60,133 bases of DNA from a virus (taxonomy: Duplodnaviria > Caudoviricetes), in the IMG/VR virus record IMGVR_UViG_3300042453_003688, positions 1 to 60,133 of that record; one strand, given 5' to 3'. Numbering within the stretch: the stretch's first letter is position 1; each line of letters begins with the position of its first letter. Position numbers and translations under genes: made by a program. The notes under the pieces were generated by a model. The model was not told the origin of the DNA, ran no database searches, and saw only the letters and a program-made list of their open reading frames with translations. This document shows positions 20,134-29,063 of the stretch, piece after piece.

Positions 20134-21036
20134 ATGCTAGAAACACTCTGGTACATTCTCAGCGGGCGGGGTCTTGCAAAGCGAGGCCCGCGTCCGCCCT
20201 ACTCTGACAGTAAGCTGCTGGTAGACAAGTATCTCCTCTACCGCCGTCAGTGTAAAGATTGGCAACCAGGGTGCGACGGCCTCCTATTCACTGCCCTGGG
20301 ACAGGCAGCTGGTGCTTGCGATAACGTCAAACTAACAGACGCCGAGGGCGAAGCTGGGCAATGGTTCCGCTCTCCCTCCCACGACTGCTACCCAACGCGT
20401 AGCAAATCCGACATTAGTAGGGACATGCTCATTGGGCTTGCCCTCTGGTGTCACGTATACAATGCCCCACATATTGCCCGCAGAACCCTTATAAGAGCTA
20501 TTCTCAGGGGCGGCAATATAGGAAGACCCTGGTACTTGATATCCCGTACCCTTCTCTCTCCCTCTTTGGCCTACCTCCTCTGGCTAGTGAGTAAGCCTGG
20601 TCGTAAGCCCGGCATCCTGGGACGCCTCATTATGGCCCTCAATCACCTCTCTCCACAGCTCACTTTCCGGGCACACCTCCAGTCCCTCTCCATACTACTT
20701 CTGGCCAGGATAGAAGGTGGGTACAACCCCATCTCCCGGAAAACACTGGAGAAACTGGCTGCCCGCAACCCCAGGAATGCCCTCTTTTCCGCCATGCTGG
20801 ACCGTAATAACGAGTGTTTATCGACACTTATGGACACCTCCCTCTTTCCTGACTCCTCCCTTCCTACAGTTTCTAATTACGATTGTGAATACCTCTGGCA
20901 AACTGACCCCCTTGTAAACCCAAAAGATTGGTTGCCTGCTGAAAGCGAAAGTGTTAAGATGCACACTGGTACTGCAAAGATGCACAGTGGCATCGACTTC
21001 CTTTTAGCTGCGGCCATCTATCTCAAAATGGTATAA
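20134..21036 (+). CDS. Hypothetical helical protein, possible enzyme
   Basis: 300 aa; CDGLLF, GQWFRSP, SRDM and SGIDF blocks. Confidence 0.65.
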   Translation: MLETLWYILSGRGLAKRGPRPPYSDSKLLVDKYLLYRRQCKDWQPGCDGLLFTALGQAAGACDNVKLTDAEGEAGQWFRSPSHDCYPTRSKSDISRDMLIGLALWCHVYNAPHIARRTLIRAILRGGNIGRPWYLISRTLLSPSLAYLLWLVSKPGRKPGILGRLIMALNHLSPQLTFRAHLQSLSILLLARIEGGYNPISRKTLEKLAARNPRNALFSAMLDRNNECLSTLMDTSLFPDSSLPTVSNYDCEYLWQTDPLVNPKDWLPAESESVKMHTGTAKMHSGIDFLLAAAIYLKMV

Positions 21037-21041
21037 CGCCC

Positions 21042-21248
21042 ATGAGCAACATTACAGACAAGTACCTGGAACGAATAGAGGCCAAAGTAGACCGTATCGA
21101 CGCTAAGTTGGACGTTCTGGGAAGTCGTACCACCCGTGCTGAAACGGACATTGTCTGGGTCAAGGGTGGCCTGGCCATAGGTCTTTCTGTAATAATGGCA
21201 GTAGCTGGATACCTGGTTACTCGCCTAGCTAACCTTATACGCTTCTAA
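21042..21248 (+). CDS. Holin/haemolysin-XhlA-like small membrane protein
   Basis: N-terminal coiled coil plus one C-terminal TM helix. Confidence 0.5.
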   Translation: MSNITDKYLERIEAKVDRIDAKLDVLGSRTTRAETDIVWVKGGLAIGLSVIMAVAGYLVTRLANLIRF

Positions 21249-21325
21249 CAATGACGTACACGAGATTCTAACCTTGGCATATACGATTCTAACAACACAA
21301 CTTTTAATATTGGAAGTTATTAACA

Positions 21326-21580
21326 ATGATGAAACAACTCGCTAAACTCAAAATGCCAGCACCGAAGAAAGACCCGATGCTTGAACTCGACGAGGAAATG
21401 GACCTCGCGGAAGAAGGCGCAGAGGCAGAAGAAGAAGCTGGCGAAGAGATGGCAATGGAAGAGGAAGCAGAAGCGTCGGCAGACCTCTCCGAAGTCAGCG
21501 ATGAAGACCTCGTTGCTGAACTTGAAGCCCGTGGCATGATGGTCAGCAAGGCTGCTGCAGAGTCCTCCGAAGAAGAGTAG
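21326..21580 (+). CDS. Highly acidic small protein
   Basis: 84 aa Glu-rich; LSEVSDEDLVAELEARG. Confidence 0.7.
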   Translation: MMKQLAKLKMPAPKKDPMLELDEEMDLAEEGAEAEEEAGEEMAMEEEAEASADLSEVSDEDLVAELEARGMMVSKAAAESSEEE

Positions 21581-21616
21581 TCCTAGTTCTTCGAACTCCT
21601 CTACGAGGTATAAGAC

Positions 21617-22579
21617 ATGGCTGGTCGTAGACTGACTACCACTGACCTCATTGAAGAAGTACGCAGTTTGCTTGACGAAAGTAACCGGGCGAACGTCTCC
21701 GATGAGTTGGATATTCTGCCCGCACTCAACAGGGCTCAGGATGTCGCTGCTAATATTTTAGCACGGCACTACGAAGCTCCGTTGCTTGCTTACAAGTCCC
21801 TTCAACTGACTGCAGGCCAGTCCGAGTACGACATTCCGGAAGATGCTTTCGAGCAGCGCATTGAAAAGTGCGAAGTGTATATTACTAGTGTCTACTACCC
21901 AATCAAGCGTATAGACTACCGTGATATCACCCTCTACGAAACTCCTACCCGCACGAATGTCCCCTACTACTATACAGTGATTGGCACCAAGTTCCGACTG
22001 CTGCCATCACCAACTGCAGTTTACCCACTGCGTATCTGGTATCTTAAAGACCCGGAAGTACTCGTTGCTCCTCAAGGCCGTCTTACTATTGTTAATCAGG
22101 CCCAGAATTACGTTATTGTAGACAGCATCGGTTCCGACCTCACCAGTGCTATGGATGACCTGAACAGCTACGTCAACCTCATTGACGGGCAGACTGGTAA
22201 CATCAAGGCCACGATGCAAATACAAAGTATCGTTGGTAACAAGATTACTTTCAAAAGTAGCCCATCCCGTAGTACAGTGCTCAATAAGACAATTGAAAGT
22301 GCTCTCCCTGTCACAGTGGAGCCGGACGATTTCATTTGTACTATTCACGGTACATGTATACCAGCATTCAAGAAACCATTCAGTAACTACCTCATACAGT
22401 TCGCTGTAGCTGAGATACAACGTAAATTGGGTGGCCCGGCTGACATTGAACTCAAGGTCCGCGATGAACTTGAGAAGATTGTGGAACGTAGCTGGGTGGG
22501 AAGAGAGAACTTCCTGCGTGTCCAGAAGCGCAATAGAAACTGGCAAGTCCCAAGTAGACGCTATTTCAATAATAATTGA
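21617..22579 (+). CDS. Head-tail adaptor / tail tubular protein A-like
   Basis: DLIEEVRSLLDE...ALNRAQ, LTAGQSEYDIP and RLLPSP motifs typical of adaptor proteins. Confidence 0.7.
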   Translation: MAGRRLTTTDLIEEVRSLLDESNRANVSDELDILPALNRAQDVAANILARHYEAPLLAYKSLQLTAGQSEYDIPEDAFEQRIEKCEVYITSVYYPIKRIDYRDITLYETPTRTNVPYYYTVIGTKFRLLPSPTAVYPLRIWYLKDPEVLVAPQGRLTIVNQAQNYVIVDSIGSDLTSAMDDLNSYVNLIDGQTGNIKATMQIQSIVGNKITFKSSPSRSTVLNKTIESALPVTVEPDDFICTIHGTCIPAFKKPFSNYLIQFAVAEIQRKLGGPADIELKVRDELEKIVERSWVGRENFLRVQKRNRNWQVPSRRYFNNN

Positions 22580-22593
22580 CCAGCAGTAGAAAT

Positions 22594-22872
22594 ATGTCAG
22601 ACCGCAAAGAAACAGTTAAGAAGCTCCGCAAGAAGGGATTCCAGTTCAAGAAGGAACACAAGAATCCTGAAGGCGGTCTGTCCGAGAAAGGGCGCAAGGC
22701 CTACAACCGGGCAACTGGCAGCAATCTCAAGAAGCCCCAGCCGGAAGGCGGCAAGCGTAGGAATTCCTTCTGCGCCAGAATGAAGGGCATGAAGAAGAAG
22801 TTGACCAGCAAGGAGACGGCTAACGACCCGGATAGCCGCATCAATAAATCTTTGCGCAAGTGGAATTGCTGA
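22594..22872 (+). CDS. Small basic protein (DUF6321-like)
   Basis: KNPEGGL..KGR..YN...GSNLK.P...RR.SFCARM.G...DP.SR...LRKWNC; likely start ATG 22594. Confidence 0.75.
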   Translation: MSDRKETVKKLRKKGFQFKKEHKNPEGGLSEKGRKAYNRATGSNLKKPQPEGGKRRNSFCARMKGMKKKLTSKETANDPDSRINKSLRKWNC

Positions 22873-22874
22873 AC

Positions 22875-23387
22875 ATGGATAAGAAAGACCTGCAAAGAAG
22901 AGCGGAACTGCTGAAGAAGCTGGCCATTGGTACCGGCGAACAATTCAAAGAAATCAAGGAAGAGATTACCGGCGAAGCAGAGACTGCTCGCAAGAAGAAA
23001 GAATTGCAGACGGCCAAAGGTAGACTCAAGAATAGGTTGCAGGAAGGTGCCGTTCAAAAAGGCTACACCCCACAGCAGGCCGGAGAAATCTCTGACTACC
23101 AGATGGAACAGATGAAAGAGCGGCCAGGAGAAGCTATACCTCTCATGATTGCCGGTGAGCCGGATGTTCCAGAAAGGGATAGGCCCTTCCCGGAGAACAT
23201 CAAAAGACAAACCATCTGGGAAAGTCCGAGATACTACACCACCAGAGAGCTGGACCCGGAAACTCAGGAAATCACCACCAAGGAATACGCTGGTGATGCC
23301 GCTAAGCCAGTCAGCGTTAAAAGAGTTCCCCGCAGTCAATTACTCAAAGAACTGCCCATGCCTGTAAAAACTAGAAAGAAGAAGTAA
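22875..23387 (+). CDS. Hypothetical protein
   Basis: ORF 22860-23387, likely ATG 22875. Confidence 0.65.
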   Translation: MDKKDLQRRAELLKKLAIGTGEQFKEIKEEITGEAETARKKKELQTAKGRLKNRLQEGAVQKGYTPQQAGEISDYQMEQMKERPGEAIPLMIAGEPDVPERDRPFPENIKRQTIWESPRYYTTRELDPETQEITTKEYAGDAAKPVSVKRVPRSQLLKELPMPVKTRKKK

Positions 23388-23391
23388 TTCT

Positions 23392-23544
23392 ATGCCACTC
23401 CTTAAAGGTTCTAGCAAGGAAACAGTTAGCAAGAACATCAAGAAAATGATGGAAGAAGGCTACCCCCAGAAGCAGGCGATTGCCGCGTCTCTCTCTGCTG
23501 CAGGCAAATCAAAAAAGAAGCCAGCAAAGAAACCAGCTAAGTAA
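23392..23544 (+). CDS. Small Lys-rich phage protein (50 aa, not in ORF track)
   Basis: MPLLKGSSKETVSKNIKKMMEEGYPQKQAIAASLSAAGKSKKK, a pattern seen in many phages. Confidence 0.75.
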   Translation: MPLLKGSSKETVSKNIKKMMEEGYPQKQAIAASLSAAGKSKKKPAKKPAK

Positions 23545-23556
23545 CGGGAGCCTCTA

Positions 23557-26500
23557 GTGGCCTACCAGTTTAATACCATCAGTGAAAATGACTGGGGTAG
23601 CGGCATTGACCAGCAGTCAGCTGAGAATGCTGTAAAGCCTGGCTTTGTGGAAGACCTGGTTAACGGGGACCCAAAGGCAGAAGGCTACATTGCTAAACGT
23701 GTAGGCTACCAGGGATTCGCTGGCAATCTGCCAGTCCGAGTTAGTCGTGTGGACTACTCCGGCAATGACCTCTGTTTCACCCTAGATAACGCAATTACGC
23801 TCACCTCAATCGACCTCTCCAGAGTACGCAGCTCTCCTATCTACGTGCAAGGGAAGCTCTCTGTTACCTCAGGTGGCGGGGACTTCGATAACATTGGAGA
23901 CAGTGTAAACTACTACACAGGTTTTACACTTGATACCACCCTTAGCATACCTGCCGGTACAGGGACTCTGTCAATCCCAGCGTCCTTTCATGGTCAGGGT
24001 ACCCCTTACTTTCTTCCCAGGTTCTACGAATCGACGCACCCCACAGATAATAGTAATCGTCAATTCTTTGTTGACGGCATAACTATTAACAAGACTACCT
24101 ATGACATGTCGATTGATTACACCAACGGTACAGGTAACTCTTTTCCAGTTTTCGTTACTTACTCCAAGCGGAATGCAGGCTCCTACATCGCCCCAAGCCT
24201 GACTACTGTTGCTCCCAGCACAACATCGACTATCAACGTCTCCGCCGCTACACACGGCCAACCTAACTTCAACCTACAAGTTGAGCTCTGGCAGGACGAC
24301 GGCACATCGTTTATCAATGTAATACCTGACAGTGTGACAATCAATACAGCAGGCCAGGTGACCATCGTGTTAACCAACAACGGCCCTGCACCCATTGACG
24401 TCTTTCCTGTTATCACAGCGGTTGACGTAGCTAATAAATTTGAAGAATCACTGGCGTTCTCTAATCAGACTCTGGTTATAAATAATCTTTCTACCGACTT
24501 CATTGGCGCAAGCGTATACGTCAAGAATGCTACGACTGGATTATTGACACAAGTTATTCCTGAGCAGATTGAACAGGATGCAGATAGCCGAACGGTCACC
24601 ATGACTTTCGGATTTAATAGCCAGGATTATGCCGACTACTATACAGTCACCGGCCAGGCTACTTTTGTAGTACACTGGGAAGACCTAAGGATAACGGCTA
24701 ATAAGTTGTGTGTCACGGCTCACAATACCATAGGTGGCGCTATCTTTGACGAGAGGCCACAGTTAACTATCTGGGGTCTTGACCACTCAGAAATCTACGG
24801 AACAGCACCTGTAGTATCCAGACCAGGCTGGGTTAACCACATCGATAGCTATAAGTCCTCTGCAGCAAGCACGGTTATAGCTGGCCTTGGTGGTAACATC
24901 TTTGCTGCTAATCAGCTGCCCAGTCCCATTCTCTACTACCCAAATTTACGAAATAGGGTGAACATAACTCCAGCCTCGCAGACGGTGGCACCAGCTTTCT
25001 GGGGACTGACAGACTCTCCGGTAAGGACAGCTGGCTATTTCAAGTTTGCTGGCGGTGAAGAGAACTGGGCACGTGTCTCCAGTGTTACCTGGATAAGCGG
25101 TAATACCATTGAGTACGTCCTGAGTACCCCCAGCCTATCTGTTACAGGCACTCCCCTCTCTATTAATAATGACCAGATTACTATAGCGGGTTCTGGCTGG
25201 AGAGTAAACGATGGCACATTCACTGTTACTGCTGTCACTCCTGGGACTAACACCCTTACTATTCGTGTTACAAACCCTAACAGGGATAGTGCTGACTTCA
25301 ATGAAACTGACAGCGGAGCTCTAGCCGGCATTTTCACCAGCAGTCTGACTCTTGCTGCTACCTCCTCATTCATTGCTGGCGATAGACTTATTTCTGACCT
25401 CTTTGGGGATGGTACCGACCTTGTTGTACTTAGCAGCTCAGGAAGCGTAATTGTCATAGGCAATGTAATGACTTCCTACACACTGCCTGCAGGTCTCACC
25501 ATAGTTGCAAGTCGCTCTGGCTGCATACTACCACTTCGCACAATTAATGAGATACCATCTATAGATAATATTGTCCGCGGGGACATGGTGACATACAATG
25601 GTCTTAACAGGGCTATCCGTATTCTCTATGTAAATCCTGCGGCAGATGAGAGCGTAGCACTTAGCGGGGACGGACAGACTCTTACTATTACCCTGCTCTC
25701 CACTCTTGCTCTGCGAATAGGCCAGAAAATACTGCTGACGCAAGCGGGTGCATGGGACGGTGAGCACACCATTACTGACATCCCATCCCCTACTGCTATC
25801 ACGGTAGCTAGTACGATAAGCGGCTCAGGCACCGCTACCCTCGTCGGTAAAACAATTGAGCTGGATGAACAGACTACTCTAATAGACCAGCAAAACAATC
25901 AGATATCCGTGAGCGTCCCTGTGCGTTGGTCTCCTATTGAGGCACCAGCTAGCGTTGCGCAGCAGACCTATGTATCTCACTTTCCCTCCGAAGGCTACGG
26001 AGAGCAGGCTATCATAAGAAGTACAATGTCATCTGATAACCTCTACCTGACTAACGGCCAGGACCAGGTTATGAAGATGGACGGCAATAGTATCTACCGT
26101 GCCGGACTTCCCAGGTGGCAGCCTCAGGCATTTATTACTGTGGATGAAGACCCGTCCACTATGCCCATTCAGGGTAAGATAATAATTAGCAATCCTCCCA
26201 TTGTCAGCACGGCAAGAACTACCAGTCACTTTGTTATTAATTATGCTGATAGAAGAAGGTTTGCTGAGGGACAAAAAATATATGATACAGCAAATCACAA
26301 TATTTATACCATAACTGGAATTACAGAAGGCAGCAGTGCCGCTCCTACACAAGCCTACATTAACGTAGCAGAGACAATTACATATCAGGGTGCAGGTTCC
26401 CATAACCTTACTAACGTATTTTATTATCGCTACTACTTCCGCCTGAATGCTATTGATGCCAACAACAATATTATTATTAGTGCTATAACTGGCTATCAAG

Positions 26501-28944
26501 ATAACACTGTAATTATTGAGCACCCGTCTCAGATACGCATTCGCCTTATTGGCTTCCCTGCATGGGATAACTACGATTACGCTAGACTGGAACTGCAAGT
26601 CTACCGTACCAAGCTTGACCAGGCAGCTCCTTTCTTTTTGGTATCTACTGTACCACTTCCATACGGCACCAATACAGGTTACGTGGACATTGTTGATACT
26701 AAGGATGATTCGTTCCTCACTGACCTTGACCCAAGCAGTGTTCTTTCTAGCAGTGAACTGGGAACCAGGTGGTCAGGCCCCTTGCGTAGCAAGTACATCA
26801 CCAGCGCAGCCAATAAGTTGATTCTGGCTAACGTGGAAACTGACCCACAACTGGACATTAATATCCTTCAGCCAGCTAACAGCGCAGCTCTAACTGCGGC
26901 TAACTTCAATGGCAAGAGATTCCTGTTCCGTAAAGATAATACGGACAGCGGCACAACTACTGACAACATTAATAGGATGGCCTACGAATTCCGCAGTACT
27001 GGTGCCCTCACTATTACCGGGGTAACCAACAATGCCGGTACCTCCTTTACAGTGACAACCAGCGCACCTCACGGTCTTTCCTCAGGTAACTGGGTTTACC
27101 TGACCACACGCGCAGTAGAGACTGATTGGTCATTTGACAGTGTAAGTGCTACTAATGATGAACTTATTAACACCGCTTCAGTAGCACACAATTACACGAC
27201 CGGCCAAAGAGTGGTTCTCTATTCCACTAATGCCCCAGGTGGGACAACTACCCTTAGTACTTATTATGTTGTACTTGGGTCTACTCCTTTCCGCCTTAAA
27301 CTAGCCCTTACCCTAGCTGCTGCTATTGCTGGCACTCCTGTAATAAATCTTACAGGTGCAGGTGGCAGTACAGGTAACCTGGAACCACACAACCAGATAC
27401 GCCTGGAATATGCTGGCTGGTGGCAAGTAGCCAGTAGTAACACATTGACTTTTACCATCAACCATACGCATAGTGCCTCTTATGTACCGGCCCTCGACGG
27501 CTGGGAACTTAATACTGCAGTCAAGGCTACTAACCCTAATGATATTCCTGTATGGATTGAGCTTGATGATAACTACGGCAGTATCACAGGCGATAGTCAA
27601 TTTATACAAAACCGCGTAGTCGATAGGCTTTCTCGCGCCATCAGCGCAAGTCAGCGTCTCTGTCGCACTGCTGGATTTACTCCCTGGCTAATTGCGGGAG
27701 CAGGACAGGATTACAACAGCGGCCAGATTATTATTACGCAGCCGAAATCGCTACCTACAATTACTGAGCTGCAGCTGCCCTCCTTTACTGAATTCCTTGT
27801 ATTCGTAAACGGTGTTCAGAAAACCAGTGGTGAATCGGCTAGCACTTTCTCTTACAAATACCCGAGCCGCCTTCTTGCCTCCTACACCAACTATCCTGAA
27901 CTGTTTGACAATGTGACGACAACTGACCCCGACCAGTCAGTCAGCGTAATTGATATCAACAGTGCTGACGGACAGCAGATTACCGGCGTCATTCCCTTCT
28001 TCGGAGAATCGGCCTTCGGTGCTGCCCTGCGTAGCGGTGTAGTTGTCGTTTTCAAAACTAATAGTATCTATCTAGTAGACCTTGCTGAGAAAGCAGCTGG
28101 CCGTAACCCGGTGCAGCGCATTGAATCACAAGGCCTGGGATGCACAGCCCCGCACTCTATCGCCAATACTCGCGATGGTATTATGTTCGCCAATGAAAGC
28201 GGCATATACAAGTTGACGCGCAGCATGGCAGTAGAGTATGTTGGAAGAAAGACAGAAAGAGTCTGGCGGAACCGAGTTAACCGTGATGCCCTTGAGCTAG
28301 CGTTCGGTCATCACTATTCCACTGGCAGCCAATATAAGCTCGCCGTTCCGCTAGATGGGGGCACGTCTCCGGGAGACCTTCTGGTCTACTCACACGTTAG
28401 AGAGTATCAGGGTGGCGTTGGAGCCTGGAGCCGGTACTCTCACTCCCCCGCCATCGGCTGGTGTAACCTCTTCAGCGATGCCTTCTTTGCCTCTACCAAT
28501 GGCCGTGTATACTCCATACGCCGGGCTGGCGATAATACTGACTACCGCGATGATAACCAACCCATAGCTTTTGAGGCTACGCTTCGGGCTATGGACTTTG
28601 GTGATGGCGGTATTCGGAAAATTATTCATTATGTTATCTCTAAGTTCCGCGTCCTGAAAGATGCCAGCGGTACTGCTCTCTCCACGGCTGCTGACCTAAC
28701 GGACAACTTCCAGGATGCTGACAACTTCCGGCTGGAAAGCCCGACGGATAACACTAATGGCCTGAATGACGCTAATGCCATAAAGGTGCAAACGATTAGA
28801 TTCTCTATTGATAACAGGAAGTTAGTCTTTTTGCAAGTACGCTTCACTAACTCTACTATTGATGAACCTGTTGAAATTACTGAAGTAAGTGTACGTGTTG
28901 CTGGCATGACCGATAAGGGAATAACATCCGCCGCTAGAACATAG
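23557..28944 (+). CDS. Tail nozzle / tail tubular protein B-like with large inserted domains
   Basis: 1795 aa; N-terminal GID/N.D/G.I.KR.G motifs and C-terminal propeller (VVFKTNSIY, GLGCTAPHSI, MDFGD). Confidence 0.75.
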   Translation: MAYQFNTISENDWGSGIDQQSAENAVKPGFVEDLVNGDPKAEGYIAKRVGYQGFAGNLPVRVSRVDYSGNDLCFTLDNAITLTSIDLSRVRSSPIYVQGKLSVTSGGGDFDNIGDSVNYYTGFTLDTTLSIPAGTGTLSIPASFHGQGTPYFLPRFYESTHPTDNSNRQFFVDGITINKTTYDMSIDYTNGTGNSFPVFVTYSKRNAGSYIAPSLTTVAPSTTSTINVSAATHGQPNFNLQVELWQDDGTSFINVIPDSVTINTAGQVTIVLTNNGPAPIDVFPVITAVDVANKFEESLAFSNQTLVINNLSTDFIGASVYVKNATTGLLTQVIPEQIEQDADSRTVTMTFGFNSQDYADYYTVTGQATFVVHWEDLRITANKLCVTAHNTIGGAIFDERPQLTIWGLDHSEIYGTAPVVSRPGWVNHIDSYKSSAASTVIAGLGGNIFAANQLPSPILYYPNLRNRVNITPASQTVAPAFWGLTDSPVRTAGYFKFAGGEENWARVSSVTWISGNTIEYVLSTPSLSVTGTPLSINNDQITIAGSGWRVNDGTFTVTAVTPGTNTLTIRVTNPNRDSADFNETDSGALAGIFTSSLTLAATSSFIAGDRLISDLFGDGTDLVVLSSSGSVIVIGNVMTSYTLPAGLTIVASRSGCILPLRTINEIPSIDNIVRGDMVTYNGLNRAIRILYVNPAADESVALSGDGQTLTITLLSTLALRIGQKILLTQAGAWDGEHTITDIPSPTAITVASTISGSGTATLVGKTIELDEQTTLIDQQNNQISVSVPVRWSPIEAPASVAQQTYVSHFPSEGYGEQAIIRSTMSSDNLYLTNGQDQVMKMDGNSIYRAGLPRWQPQAFITVDEDPSTMPIQGKIIISNPPIVSTARTTSHFVINYADRRRFAEGQKIYDTANHNIYTITGITEGSSAAPTQAYINVAETITYQGAGSHNLTNVFYYRYYFRLNAIDANNNIIISAITGYQDNTVIIEHPSQIRIRLIGFPAWDNYDYARLELQVYRTKLDQAAPFFLVSTVPLPYGTNTGYVDIVDTKDDSFLTDLDPSSVLSSSELGTRWSGPLRSKYITSAANKLILANVETDPQLDINILQPANSAALTAANFNGKRFLFRKDNTDSGTTTDNINRMAYEFRSTGALTITGVTNNAGTSFTVTTSAPHGLSSGNWVYLTTRAVETDWSFDSVSATNDELINTASVAHNYTTGQRVVLYSTNAPGGTTTLSTYYVVLGSTPFRLKLALTLAAAIAGTPVINLTGAGGSTGNLEPHNQIRLEYAGWWQVASSNTLTFTINHTHSASYVPALDGWELNTAVKATNPNDIPVWIELDDNYGSITGDSQFIQNRVVDRLSRAISASQRLCRTAGFTPWLIAGAGQDYNSGQIIITQPKSLPTITELQLPSFTEFLVFVNGVQKTSGESASTFSYKYPSRLLASYTNYPELFDNVTTTDPDQSVSVIDINSADGQQITGVIPFFGESAFGAALRSGVVVVFKTNSIYLVDLAEKAAGRNPVQRIESQGLGCTAPHSIANTRDGIMFANESGIYKLTRSMAVEYVGRKTERVWRNRVNRDALELAFGHHYSTGSQYKLAVPLDGGTSPGDLLVYSHVREYQGGVGAWSRYSHSPAIGWCNLFSDAFFASTNGRVYSIRRAGDNTDYRDDNQPIAFEATLRAMDFGDGGIRKIIHYVISKFRVLKDASGTALSTAADLTDNFQDADNFRLESPTDNTNGLNDANAIKVQTIRFSIDNRKLVFLQVRFTNSTIDEPVEITEVSVRVAGMTDKGITSAART

Positions 28945-28972
28945 TGGTACTTCAGCTGCTCGGACCTAGTAG

Positions 28973-29001
28973 TTGACATCCTCAGTCAGTAATAGTATCA
29001 T
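28973..29001 (+). promoter_or_regulatory. sigma70-type promoter for ejection-protein genes
   Basis: TTGACA-N17-TATCAT, intergenic; followed by hairpin 29022-29045. Confidence 0.75.
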
Positions 29002-29063
29002 TCTTATAATCCCCCAATACTCCAGCCTTGGTTAGCCAGGGCTGGGGTCCCTCAAGGGCAACA

